64,000 nucleotides of DNA from an uncultured Dehalococcoidia bacterium (GTDB lineage: Bacteria; Chloroflexota; Dehalococcoidia; Lucifugimonadales; UBA826). Under the pieces are notes generated by a model, which made no database searches, was not told the DNA's origin, and worked only from the letters and a program-made list of their open reading frames with translations. A program made the translations under genes and the position numbers. The stretch lies in assembly GCA_964500645.1 (NCBI GenBank), contig CAZCOH010000002.1:51735-115734 (forward strand), in the 5' to 3' direction. Shown here piece by piece: positions 10,218-20,287 of this stretch (its first letter is position 1; every line of letters starts with the position of its first letter).

Positions 10218-11615
10218 ATGACCACGATAAAGAATGATTCTGAAATTGATTTGATGGCACATTTAATGCGTCGTGCCGGATTTGGTGCTTCCCGCAAAGA
10301 ACTGGAGTCTCGCATTCAAATCGGATATGAATCTACAGTCGACGAGCTCCTGAACCCGGATTCAAATAACCAAGTGGACATTTTCAAATTCCTTCGATAT
10401 TACCCAATGTGGTGGAAACCGGGCACCATGGGAGGACTAGGACAAGCTTCTTGGGTATGGTCAATGATTAATACTAAGGCACCATTACAAGAAAAAATGT
10501 GCTTGTTCTATCACAATATTTTCGCGACAGGTGTGGCAAAAGTAGATCATTATGACGAGATTCAAGACATGATAGATATGTTTAGAGAAAATGCTTTTGG
10601 AAACTACAAAGACATTTTACTCGAAGTTGCAAAAAGTCCCGCCATGATTTACTGGCTAGACAACAACGAAAACCATTCTGATTCCGTAAATGAAAATTGG
10701 GGAAGAGAACTTCTTGAACTTTTCACAATGGGTGTAGGAAATTATACAGAGACAGATGTTCGTGAATGCTCTAGAGCATTCACAGGGTGGACTTTAGAAC
10801 ATAAATTACCGAGATTTCATATGGGTAGATGGGATTGGCAATTCAAGTTTGTACCTGAAGATCACGACTACGGTACAAAAGAATTTCTCGGCGAAAAAGG
10901 CATTTTCGACGGGGAAGAAATCATAGACATAATTTTATCCAAAAGAGCTACTTCATTGTTTATTGCCCGACATTTATATAGCTTTTTTGTTTCCGATGAA
11001 CCTCAAGTTCCTGCATGGTCGGTAACTCCGCCTAAAAACCCGGAGGCTGTTGAGTTTTTAGCAGATACTCTTCAAGAGTCCAATTTTCATATGGGAACAA
11101 CACTTGAGGCACTATTCAAAAGTGAATTTTTCAAACAACAGAGATTTAGTAAAGTCAAAAACCCAACGGAAGTTGTTGTAGGGACCGTGAGATTAGTAGG
11201 TGAAGGAGATAGACCTTCACCTCAAATTATGGATTGGACTGGTCAAATCGCATACATGGGACAGGACTTACTTAATCCCCCAAGTGTAGAAGGGTGGCAC
11301 AACGGTATCGAGTGGATCAACAGTGGAACTCTAATGAAAAGGACCAACTTCGTGTCAGGAATGATATCGCAGACATCCTTGCCTGGAGTGCATGACATTG
11401 TCGACAGGGTAAGGGAAATCAGTACAGAGCCACGAGATGTCGTCGAAGCAATTCTTGACATAATGGGACCCTTGAGGATGTCAGAGGAAACCCAGAATGA
11501 ACTAATCGAACATGTAAATAAACTAGGTAAGTTTAATTGGTCAACTTCGGGGGTAGAAAGATTGGTTGAATTAATGCAACTAGTCGTATCTACAAGAGAA
11601 TATCAATTTGCCTAA
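10218..11615 (+). CDS. DUF1800 family protein
   Basis: HLMRRAGFGAS signature near the N-terminus. I prefer ATG 10218 (AAGGAA upstream) over the track's TTG 10152. No signal peptide is visible. Confidence 0.7.
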   Translation: MTTIKNDSEIDLMAHLMRRAGFGASRKELESRIQIGYESTVDELLNPDSNNQVDIFKFLRYYPMWWKPGTMGGLGQASWVWSMINTKAPLQEKMCLFYHNIFATGVAKVDHYDEIQDMIDMFRENAFGNYKDILLEVAKSPAMIYWLDNNENHSDSVNENWGRELLELFTMGVGNYTETDVRECSRAFTGWTLEHKLPRFHMGRWDWQFKFVPEDHDYGTKEFLGEKGIFDGEEIIDIILSKRATSLFIARHLYSFFVSDEPQVPAWSVTPPKNPEAVEFLADTLQESNFHMGTTLEALFKSEFFKQQRFSKVKNPTEVVVGTVRLVGEGDRPSPQIMDWTGQIAYMGQDLLNPPSVEGWHNGIEWINSGTLMKRTNFVSGMISQTSLPGVHDIVDRVREISTEPRDVVEAILDIMGPLRMSEETQNELIEHVNKLGKFNWSTSGVERLVELMQLVVSTREYQFA

Positions 11616-11670
11616 TTTTCCGATTTACAATAGCTAATATGTACATTAAAAACCTTCAAGGGAAAACATC

Positions 11671-12801
11671 ATGAGTACTCAAACTGCCGATCCAGTCATA
11701 GTTGTCGTGCAACTAACCGGAGGTAACGACTATTTGAATACCGTGGTTCCTTACAGCGATTCTAAATACTGGGATTATCGTCCAGTTGTAAATGTTCCGG
11801 AAGAAGAAATCCTCAGAGTCAGTAACAGTATTGGATTCCACCCCGCAATGAAGCCAATTGCAGATATGTACAAAGAAGGTAATGTTGCCATAGTACACGG
11901 AGTTGGATATGAAAATTCACCCAGATCTCATTTTAGATCAATGGATATATGGCACACATGTGAACCTGAAACCCTAGGTACAGAGGGCTGGTTAGGAAGA
12001 GCAATAAAACAACTGGACCCAACGAAAGAAAACGTTGTCACGGCGGTAAGTATGGGCCCATCTCTATACAGAGCTCTTGTGGCTCCTGGAGTTCCTGTCG
12101 CCACTGTGGAAAATCTTGACAATTATGGTCTACTTACTGACATAACTCCGGATGAAAAGAGAAATCGTGTTCTCGATCGATACAAACGCATGTATTCTCC
12201 GATGATAGGTTCAGGTCCAGTAATGGACTTCTTAGGACAAACAGGCTTAGATGCCATAAAGGGAGCGGATATACTCAATATCGCTCCGGAGATGTATTCA
12301 TCGAGTATAGAATATTCAAACAATTCAATATCGCAGAAACTAAAATCAATCGCCCAGATTCATTTAGCAAACTTGGGTACTAGAATTTTTTACTGTGATT
12401 TGGGTAGCTTCGACACACACGCCTCCCAACTAGAGACCCACGCGAATTTATGGTCGTCTGCCTCCAATGCAATCCAAGATTTTTTCGACGACCTTAAACA
12501 ACACAGCGCGGCGGATAACGTGGTCATGCTTCTGTTCTCTGAATTCGGTAGAAGAGTATACGACAATGGTGCCGGAACAGATCATGGAGCTGGAGGTGTC
12601 TGTTTGGTTATCGGTGATAATGTAAAAGGTGGAGAATACGGTGAATACCCGTCAATGAAGGAAAATGACCTGGACCAAGGAGATCTAGTACCTAATATTG
12701 ATTTCCGTAGCGTATACACGACTCTTTCTGAAGATTGGATGAACCTCGACCCAATCCCAATCGTAGGAGGAAACTTCGAAAAACCGGCTTTCATCATATA
12801 G
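11671..12801 (+). CDS. DUF1501 family protein (sulfatase/alkaline-phosphatase-like fold)
   Basis: LTGGNDYLNTVVPY, FDTHA, SEFGRR and GTDHG motifs. It starts directly at the mature domain with no Tat or Sec signal. Confidence 0.75.
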   Translation: MSTQTADPVIVVVQLTGGNDYLNTVVPYSDSKYWDYRPVVNVPEEEILRVSNSIGFHPAMKPIADMYKEGNVAIVHGVGYENSPRSHFRSMDIWHTCEPETLGTEGWLGRAIKQLDPTKENVVTAVSMGPSLYRALVAPGVPVATVENLDNYGLLTDITPDEKRNRVLDRYKRMYSPMIGSGPVMDFLGQTGLDAIKGADILNIAPEMYSSSIEYSNNSISQKLKSIAQIHLANLGTRIFYCDLGSFDTHASQLETHANLWSSASNAIQDFFDDLKQHSAADNVVMLLFSEFGRRVYDNGAGTDHGAGGVCLVIGDNVKGGEYGEYPSMKENDLDQGDLVPNIDFRSVYTTLSEDWMNLDPIPIVGGNFEKPAFII

Positions 12802-12813
12802 GTACTCGCAAAA

Positions 12814-13809
12814 ATGCTAACCACATCCATCAAGGGCAGGGCTTTAGATTACTCAAGAGTTGTTGGGGGTCGACTTTTCAGGGGAATTGTCAACGTCACA
12901 ATAGGAGAGAAAGACGACGTCTACGTCGTTCTGAGAGATTCATACAATGCAGGAATCGTTAAATTAGAAATAGGTAATGCACCTGACGATGAATCAGAAA
13001 TTTTGTCTTTTAACGACACTTCCCCAGGAATTTTCGATTCCACCTGGCCTGCTTGTGCAGTGTTTTACAAAGGTGAAATATTTGTCACAGATGAGCTTAA
13101 CAGTGAAATTTTAGTTTTTACGCCGGAAGGAAAACTTCTCCGTAAATTTGGAAGTAAGGGAGACACCACAGACAAATTAGATCGACCTTCTGGAATTAGC
13201 TTTAACACTAAAGGTCAAATACTAGTATCAGACACCATGAATCATAGGATTCAAATCTTCGATATACATGGAAAACACATATCATCTTTTGGTCGAGAGG
13301 GATCCAACGACGGAGAACTGTTATCCCCTTGGGGAATCACTACTGACGATGCCGACAATATTTTTGTTTCAGATCACCTAAATCACAGGATTCAAAAATT
13401 TGATAACGAAGGCAATTTTATTTTTTCCTTTGGGAATATTGGAACTGGCCATCAAAACCTAAATCATCCATCTGATGTCACTGTTGACCCAGCAGGAGAC
13501 ATTTACGTGGCAGACTGGGCCAACAATAGAATACAAATTTACGGGCCTGACGGATACCATATTGGAGGACTTAAAGGATCAGCTTACAAACTGTCAAAAT
13601 GGCAGGAACAGTATGTCCAAGGTAATCCAGACGTTTATAAAGCACGGCGTCGGGTTGTCTCACTTGAACCAGAGAAATTCTTTGCTCTCCCAACCTGTGT
13701 CTTGTTCGACGGATCAAAATCGAGACTTTTGTCAGTAGATTCGCAAAGGTGGAGAATTCAAATATACGACAAACTTGAGAATTACTCAGATCCGCAATTT
13801 AACATCTAA
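12814..13809 (+). CDS. NHL-repeat beta-propeller protein
   Basis: Repeated blades with DRPSGI..D..NHRIQIFD, LNHRIQKFD and ANNRIQIY. It begins 12 nt after the DUF1501 stop. Confidence 0.75.
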   Translation: MLTTSIKGRALDYSRVVGGRLFRGIVNVTIGEKDDVYVVLRDSYNAGIVKLEIGNAPDDESEILSFNDTSPGIFDSTWPACAVFYKGEIFVTDELNSEILVFTPEGKLLRKFGSKGDTTDKLDRPSGISFNTKGQILVSDTMNHRIQIFDIHGKHISSFGREGSNDGELLSPWGITTDDADNIFVSDHLNHRIQKFDNEGNFIFSFGNIGTGHQNLNHPSDVTVDPAGDIYVADWANNRIQIYGPDGYHIGGLKGSAYKLSKWQEQYVQGNPDVYKARRRVVSLEPEKFFALPTCVLFDGSKSRLLSVDSQRWRIQIYDKLENYSDPQFNI

Positions 13810-13988
13810 ATAAACCAACTCACGTTTATACGAGAACCCTAGTCTCCCTTAGGATTCTATATAGGTATTAAAATTGCCGGTCTACAATGCTATCGCTGAT
13901 TATGTCGTACTTGTTACAATTACGGTTCTAAAACAATTTTTAATAGTTATTATTTTTTTGAAAGTATAAATTTTTGAACAACGAAGAC

Positions 13989-15395
13989 ATGGTGATTATT
14001 TGCGGCCTTTGTGGGTTGCACAATCCTGCGCAATCTCGGCATTGCTCTCACTGTCGTGCTCGCCTATCCAAAGGCACTTTAATAACCAGTCAAGAATCGA
14101 CAGACATCTTGATCAAAGAAAGATCCTCCTTGAAAAAGAAGCGTCTAATCTATTCAATAAGCGGAAGCTTTGTTCTTATCTTAGTTGTCGGTTGGATCGC
14201 TTTATCTTACTTTGGATCAGCTAGGTTTTTGGACCCACCTGAAACACTTATCAGTGCCAAACCAGAAAAAGGTGACTGGCCTATGTTCCAACGTGACCCG
14301 CTCCATACGGGCCTTTCTTTCGATTATTCCACTCCCAACGCAATTGGAGTGGAATGGACGTTCAAGATAGACACTCCTTTCTATACTTCACCCGCAGTCG
14401 TTGGAAATAAAGTATATGTAAGCACAGGAGACGAGCGTATATTAGCTTTAGACGCCAACTCTGGAGAATTGATCTGGGAACATTTTGTCACAGGCCCTGT
14501 AAATTCATCGCCGGCTGTTGCAGGAGATTACGTTTTTGCCGGTTTGCGTGATGGCACGATAATAGCCATAGACAAAACCAACGGCACCAAAATTTGGGAA
14601 TACGAGACAGGGTCTAATATTTATTCATCCCCAGCTGTCTACCAGGGTGTTCTATACATAGGGGCTCGTGATGGAACTTTGCATGCGTTGGATGCTAAAA
14701 CAGGTGAATCTAGATGGATCCATTTAACAAGGGGAAGAATTACCTCAAGCCCTGCTGTAAACAGGGAAGTCACAGCAGTTATGTCTCAAGATTCTTACCT
14801 ATATCTGATAGACCACGCTACCGGGAAGCGACGACTTGACTTCAGGACATCAAGAGGGGGAGGCTCTCCAACATTCCACAGTAACCTAATCTTTATCGCT
14901 GATGAAAAAGGTGCTATAAGGGCCATAGACTGGCATAAAAAAGAAGTCCCATTCGAAAAAGGTGCGCGCCGCCTCCGTACACAACTATATTTACTCGGAT
15001 TAATAGATACTCTACCTCCAACCAAAGGATTTGTTTGGGGGTTTCAAGAAAGAAATGAAAGTTTTATAGGAGCACCTGTTATAGGAAATGAGTTGCTTTA
15101 TGCAGGTTCTACGAATAGCAAAAGTGGAGACGGAACTCTATTTGCCCTAGATAAATCAAATGGTTCCATTATTTGGACTTTTGAAACACAGTCTTCGATA
15201 ACAAGTCCTATTTCTGCTTCCACAAACTCTGTTTTCGTGGGAGACGAATTCGGAATTCTTTACTCCGTTGATTCAGCCTCAGGAAAATCTCAATGGACCT
15301 TCCAAGCAGATGCTAAAATATCATCTACCCCAGTAATTGCTAACGACATGATATATGTATCTACCATGGGAGGAACTTTATACGCTCTTAAATGA
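13989..15395 (+). CDS. membrane-anchored PQQ-like (BamB/YVTN-type) beta-propeller with N-terminal zinc ribbon
   Basis: CGLCGLHNPAQSRHCSHCRARL ribbon, then one TM helix (LIYSISGSFVLILVVGWIALSYF), then repeated A.D..TG..W.. blades. I prefer ATG 13989 to TTG 13974. Confidence 0.7.
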   Translation: MVIICGLCGLHNPAQSRHCSHCRARLSKGTLITSQESTDILIKERSSLKKKRLIYSISGSFVLILVVGWIALSYFGSARFLDPPETLISAKPEKGDWPMFQRDPLHTGLSFDYSTPNAIGVEWTFKIDTPFYTSPAVVGNKVYVSTGDERILALDANSGELIWEHFVTGPVNSSPAVAGDYVFAGLRDGTIIAIDKTNGTKIWEYETGSNIYSSPAVYQGVLYIGARDGTLHALDAKTGESRWIHLTRGRITSSPAVNREVTAVMSQDSYLYLIDHATGKRRLDFRTSRGGGSPTFHSNLIFIADEKGAIRAIDWHKKEVPFEKGARRLRTQLYLLGLIDTLPPTKGFVWGFQERNESFIGAPVIGNELLYAGSTNSKSGDGTLFALDKSNGSIIWTFETQSSITSPISASTNSVFVGDEFGILYSVDSASGKSQWTFQADAKISSTPVIANDMIYVSTMGGTLYALK

Positions 15396-15403
15396 GATCA
15401 CAT

Positions 15404-18286
15404 TTATGGGCTTGAAATAGATATCAGTCTATCTGCCGTCACCTGAGTCACAACTGACACCTCACCGTTAGGCCACTCGACTCTGATTTCCTCAACCATA
15501 CTACTTTCCCCAATACCGAAGTGAGCTACACGTCCGGGTTCCTGACTAGCATAATTTGTAGATGCATGTAACTCTCTTAATTGAGTAACACCATCAGTAG
15601 TAACGTAAATACGCGCTCCTATACCGTGCGTATGGTGTCTACCTTTTCCTTGCACCATTACCTTTATCCAGTGGTTTTCATTTAATGTATCGTTGCGAAG
15701 AAGTACTGGTTCAGCCGGATTTCTTTGCAAAATCCCACCCTTTTCAACGTATTCCTGATTATTTGTTACAAAAATGTCGAGGTCTCCGTCATTATCATAG
15801 TCAAATACAATTACTCCTCGAGCCTGAGATTTAAGCCCCGCTCCAGCCTGTACTCCCACCTCTTGAAATTTCCCATCCTCAACATTTTCAAACAATTTAT
15901 TTGACTCGTTATGAAATTCCAGGGGATCTCCTTCTTCTTCATCTTGAATCCAACCATTAGCATGATATAGATCCAAATCACCATCATTATCAAAATCCCC
16001 AAAACTCGCAGCCCATCCCCAACCTCCTCTGCGAACACCTGATTCCCCTGTAACATCTGTTAGTTGCAAACCAACATCATTTCTATAAAACCTGTTACCC
16101 GTTCCAGCATGGCTGTCTTTAATCGGATCATGCTGGCCAAAAATACTAGATATAAACCAGTCGAGATCTCCATCATTATCATAGTCTGCAATTGCAGAAC
16201 CCATTCCATTTTCATCTGTCAGCGACCGAGTAGCTGACACATCCAGCTCAAACATTCCATCACCAACATTTAAATACAGTCTGGAACTATTAAAATCACT
16301 CACTACTGGCAAATCAACCAGTCCATCACCATTCATATCTGCAAAGCGGGGAGCAAAAACCCACAAATCTATTTCTCTGTTTTTTCTGAATTCATAGGGC
16401 TCCATTTGGCCTTCACCCATATTCTTGTACATGAAAACAGGAGCCAATTGATCCTTTCCTATCTTAGAATCAGATCTAAGTCTAGGTTTTCTCAAGTCTC
16501 CATCACCTGCTGGAATCGCACCTAACTCTGATGATTGATTTGAGAAGAAGTCATACTCTTCAGCACGGGAAGAATTCCACTCACCCACTACCAACTCCAG
16601 AAGACCATCATTATCGACATCACCCCAGCTTGGACTCGTGGATAATTTTTCAGGCTGAGAAAACAAATTAAAGTCAACTGTGAAATAACCTTTGCCATCG
16701 TTCCTTAGAAGAGTTGGTGATAAATCTTCATAGGTCACCACGATATCAACATCATTATCGTTGTCATAATCTGCTGCTGCGGCAGAAACTTTGAGATTCT
16801 GATCTAGCGACACTCCTCTCCTGTCCCCCTCTTCTATAAAACCAGATTTCTTATTATTCATATATAAGAGCGCCGGACCTTCACCAGTAAGAACAAATAT
16901 GTCTATCCAACCATCTCCATCAAAGTCTTCCGCAACCGCACCAGCAATCATATCTCTAGGTTCAGTTCTACCAAAGACAACATCTGTCACGACATGTTTG
17001 GAAATTATCCCCGATTCGAGAGTAACATCTGTGAACTTTAAGTTAGTAGACCGACCGGGATATAGAGGTTCCTTAAATTCAAAATTTACATTTCCCCCGT
17101 GTCCACCCTCATAGTCTTCACGAAAGGTAAAGTTCCTGTCCTCTTCAATAATTGAAGTCACAAATAAAAGAATTAATCCACCCAACACACCCAGAGACCA
17201 GGTTGCGAAAAAAAGTGTGAATACTCCTCGCTTAGGCATAACCTTGGACAATCCCCAAAAAGTAATAGGTCCACCTGCAGCAGCAGTAAATAATATCGCG
17301 CCTGCGGGTGCTGTACCCATCCCAGCTAGTAACATTGCTGCCACCAATGGAATTTCAAACATAAGGGGTACATTGATAAAGACCCCGATCGTAGCAGCAA
17401 CCAAGACCCCTAAAATATCATCTCCGATCCACGTCGTCACAGTTTGAGGGCTTATCCACTGTATTACGAATCCACTTGCAAACCCAGCGATGAGCATTAT
17501 AGGTCCAAGTCGAATGAAATATCCAAAAGTGGCCCTCAAAAATTGAAGAGAAGCTGTATACAGGGTCTCACGCCATCCAGATTCGTCAGGAATCTCTATC
17601 ACCGTTGGTATATTTCCAAACGGGTCATCCTCAGGATTAGAAGTCACTGATGACCTGGAAACCCAGGCAACTAGCGGACCCAAAAGAAGGGCCCCGGCCA
17701 AGCTAAGAGATATACGCGTCACGCTTATCGTTGGAGCAAAAGCTATCGCCGCCATCACTAACGCCAATAAATTCAAGGTGGAAGAACTCTGCGTAATTGC
17801 TACCGTCGTCTCCAAACCCGCACCTGTTCTTCTAAATCCATTTGCAATAGGCACGATACATGCTGAACACAAATTCACTACAGGGCCAATCAAAACCCCC
17901 TTAATTACACCTCTAAATCCAGACCCAATGAATCTCTCTCTTTTGTCAGGCGGGAAAATAAAAGCCTCTGTTAATCCTGCCATAACGAATGCAAACAACA
18001 TTCCGATGGAGACATTCCTCAAATACTCTAGCGAAAAATCCCACCACCTTTCCAACAAAGACCTTTGTTCCACATCTTCTATACAAAACCCTTGGAAACA
18101 CTGAGAATCTGGGGATGCCACTATTGCTAAATCGGCATCAATGGTGTCGATCTTAGGGAATCTATTTAACGAAAGAAATGCCGCAAGAATAACCAGGATT
18201 AGTAATACCCCAACCATGCGGCGTTTTTTTAAAGACGTGTCAGTTAAAGGAAATATACGTCCTATAACGGAACTAAAAAGAAACAT
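15404..18286 (-). CDS. fusion protein: polytopic DUF318/ArsP-type permease domain plus FG-GAP/VCBS repeats plus ASPIC/UnbV domain (CRTAC1-like)
   Basis: The N-terminal ~400 aa are multi-TM and carry the NLCSACIVPIANGFRRTGAG permease motif. The C-terminal half has repeated DYDNDGDLD/DFDGDGWID calcium-type FG-GAP loops. It ends with GIGARIYV...ASQEPGRVHFGIG...VEWPNG, typical of ASPIC/UnbV. I prefer the ATG at 18286 because the track's TTG at 18301 sits in the upstream terminator tail. Confidence 0.7.
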   Translation of the reverse strand: MFLFSSVIGRIFPLTDTSLKKRRMVGVLLILVILAAFLSLNRFPKIDTIDADLAIVASPDSQCFQGFCIEDVEQRSLLERWWDFSLEYLRNVSIGMLFAFVMAGLTEAFIFPPDKRERFIGSGFRGVIKGVLIGPVVNLCSACIVPIANGFRRTGAGLETTVAITQSSSTLNLLALVMAAIAFAPTISVTRISLSLAGALLLGPLVAWVSRSSVTSNPEDDPFGNIPTVIEIPDESGWRETLYTASLQFLRATFGYFIRLGPIMLIAGFASGFVIQWISPQTVTTWIGDDILGVLVAATIGVFINVPLMFEIPLVAAMLLAGMGTAPAGAILFTAAAGGPITFWGLSKVMPKRGVFTLFFATWSLGVLGGLILLFVTSIIEEDRNFTFREDYEGGHGGNVNFEFKEPLYPGRSTNLKFTDVTLESGIISKHVVTDVVFGRTEPRDMIAGAVAEDFDGDGWIDIFVLTGEGPALLYMNNKKSGFIEEGDRRGVSLDQNLKVSAAAADYDNDNDVDIVVTYEDLSPTLLRNDGKGYFTVDFNLFSQPEKLSTSPSWGDVDNDGLLELVVGEWNSSRAEEYDFFSNQSSELGAIPAGDGDLRKPRLRSDSKIGKDQLAPVFMYKNMGEGQMEPYEFRKNREIDLWVFAPRFADMNGDGLVDLPVVSDFNSSRLYLNVGDGMFELDVSATRSLTDENGMGSAIADYDNDGDLDWFISSIFGQHDPIKDSHAGTGNRFYRNDVGLQLTDVTGESGVRRGGWGWAASFGDFDNDGDLDLYHANGWIQDEEEGDPLEFHNESNKLFENVEDGKFQEVGVQAGAGLKSQARGVIVFDYDNDGDLDIFVTNNQEYVEKGGILQRNPAEPVLLRNDTLNENHWIKVMVQGKGRHHTHGIGARIYVTTDGVTQLRELHASTNYASQEPGRVAHFGIGESSMVEEIRVEWPNGEVSVVTQVTADRLISISSP

Positions 18287-18301
18287 AAAATGATCTGCCA
18301 A

Positions 18302-18342
18302 AAACTAAAGAGGGGTGTGACGACTCATAGCCATCACACCCC
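18302..18342 (-). terminator. rho-independent terminator after the SBP gene
   Basis: Minus-strand RNA reads GGGGUGUGA-N13-UCACACCCC, followed by UCUUUAGUUUUU. Confidence 0.6.
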
Positions 18343-18370
18343 CACACTTATCGTGTGTTAGAAGGAGAGA

Positions 18371-20287
18371 TTAGTCAGCGAAACCTGTCTCTCTTTCTCT
18401 GTGCTCCCGATCAACCCAAACATACATCCACCTGGAAGCGTAGTCGACGAATGCCAATACACGCTCACCATTGTGGTTCTTCAACCAAGGTTGCCAGTAG
18501 TCTCCACCTAGACCTGCCGGAGTATTAACCGACGGGAATAGCTCTAAGTAACCAGTCGCTGCCTTCTTTATCAACTCTGCTTGTTTACCAGAGTCGGTAG
18601 CAACAAGTACGTCGTCCCACATTTCATGGAAGTCTGTATCGTTCAAGTTTGACCTGTTCCACTGGTGGCCAGCTCTGAAGTCGTTCAAAGCATTAGGTCG
18701 CCCTGTTACGTTGTTAGCAAAGAAGTCGAACTGCTTCTCGAAAAGCCTGCTCTGGTGAACAGGACCATCAACAAGCTCTAGGTTTACCTTGACCCCGATA
18801 TCATCCCAGAATCCAACTGATATTTCAGCTGCTTCCAGTTCCATCTGGTTGGTATTCCTTATCAACAAGTCAATTTCAAATCGGACGCCGTCGCCATCTC
18901 TCGTGAGGCCCGCTTCATCAAGCAGGGCTTCAGATGCGGCTGGGTCATATGAGAACCCTTCCTGAACGCTCGCTGGCTGTGCATCAAGGTCTTCATAGTG
19001 CAACGGCCATTCGGGCTGTAGTGGGAAGGACAAGATAACAGAGTCGCCTTCAAATAGAGCGTCTGTGTATACCTGTCTGTCGATAGCCATACTCATAGCC
19101 TTTCTGACTCTTACGTCATCAAAAGGAGGCTTGTTCATTGGCATGAAGTAGCCAAACGAATCTTCTAGAGCGAGGGCTCTTCCCAATTCAGGGTTAGATT
19201 TCTCGAGTACAGGCCTATCAGCGGTTCTTACCCTCATGACGTGGTCTACTTGACCTGTCCTGATAGCAGCAAGCCTAGTGGCTTCCTGAGGGATAATAAC
19301 TTCCGTTACGCCATCTAGGAAGGGTAGATCGTAATCCTCACCTTCGTAGGTGTACTTTTGCCAGTAATCTGGGTTCTTCTCGAACTCAATTGTGCTACCA
19401 GCTGTGTAATCTTTTGTCATCCATGGTCCGGTACCTGACTGGTTGTCGGGGTTATCCGTGCCAAGTTCAATAGTTTCCGGTGGTGCATATATGAAATATG
19501 GGCCCCAAGCAAACTCATATCCCCAGAAGGATATAGGCATGTTTGTGTGGAAGGTTAGGGTGTCATTTACACCGTCGCCATCACTGTCGTCACCGGTAAT
19601 ATCGTCAACAAAGTCATGTCTTGGGAATCTGCAATCCCAAATTCTTATGGCTTCAGCAACGAGCTCATCGACGTTAACGGCTCTACCGTTTGTTACATCA
19701 TTAGGCTGCCACTTTATGCCTTCTCTCAAGTGAAAGCTGTACGTCAAAGGATCTGGAACTGACCAACCATCGGCAAGTGCGCCAATAGCCAGTTTGTCTG
19801 TTCCAATACCAAGACGTGGCTGGAATGTTGTGGATCCGTCTCCAGATGGGCCCTTATGATAGTCACCCATTAAGAAGTTCTCGACAGGGTATGAAAGCAT
19901 ACTCTGTGCCTTGAACTCACACATATCCCACTTTGATCCTGGGTCAGCACCAAGAACAACTCTTAGTGTGCCGCCATACTCAGGCCCGCCCGTGGTCTCA
20001 ACCACTTTTGCGGATTCCGATAGTTTCTTAGGTGCTGTTGTAACACCCGCTACCGGCTTTGCTGGTATAGCAGTCGGGTTTGCTGCTGGTGCAGCAGGGG
20101 CTGGTGCAGATGGCGCAGGGGCCGCTGCAGCAGGGGCTGGGGCAGCCGCGGCAGGTGCCGGGGCGGCAGCAGCAGGAGCTGCAGGAGCGTCTGCCTCATC
20201 ATCAGCAGAACTACACGCAGTCCCGATGATCGAGATCAAGGCCACTAAGGCCAAAATCGCAATCCCGTACTTTCGTCCAATACTCAT
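18371..20287 (-). CDS. ABC transporter substrate-binding protein, family 5 (peptide/nickel, DppA/OppA-like), probable lipoprotein
   Basis: 638 aa. It has a signal peptide ending IIGTAC, an Ala/Pro tether and then an SBP_bac_5-like body. GAGGAG lies upstream of the ATG. Confidence 0.85.
   Translation of the reverse strand: MSIGRKYGIAILALVALISIIGTACSSADDEADAPAAPAAAAPAPAAAAPAPAAAAPAPSAPAPAAPAANPTAIPAKPVAGVTTAPKKLSESAKVVETTGGPEYGGTLRVVLGADPGSKWDMCEFKAQSMLSYPVENFLMGDYHKGPSGDGSTTFQPRLGIGTDKLAIGALADGWSVPDPLTYSFHLREGIKWQPNDVTNGRAVNVDELVAEAIRIWDCRFPRHDFVDDITGDDSDGDGVNDTLTFHTNMPISFWGYEFAWGPYFIYAPPETIELGTDNPDNQSGTGPWMTKDYTAGSTIEFEKNPDYWQKYTYEGEDYDLPFLDGVTEVIIPQEATRLAAIRTGQVDHVMRVRTADRPVLEKSNPELGRALALEDSFGYFMPMNKPPFDDVRVRKAMSMAIDRQVYTDALFEGDSVILSFPLQPEWPLHYEDLDAQPASVQEGFSYDPAASEALLDEAGLTRDGDGVRFEIDLLIRNTNQMELEAAEISVGFWDDIGVKVNLELVDGPVHQSRLFEKQFDFFANNVTGRPNALNDFRAGHQWNRSNLNDTDFHEMWDDVLVATDSGKQAELIKKAATGYLELFPSVNTPAGLGGDYWQPWLKNHNGERVLAFVDYASRWMYVWVDREHRERETGFAD
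20060..20188 (-). repeat. GC-rich Ala/Pro heptad repeat coding region (linker of the SBP)
   Basis: Translates as DAPAAPAAAAPAPAAAAPAPAAAAPAPSAPAPAAPAANP. The three APAPAAA heptads use different synonymous codons. Confidence 0.7.
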
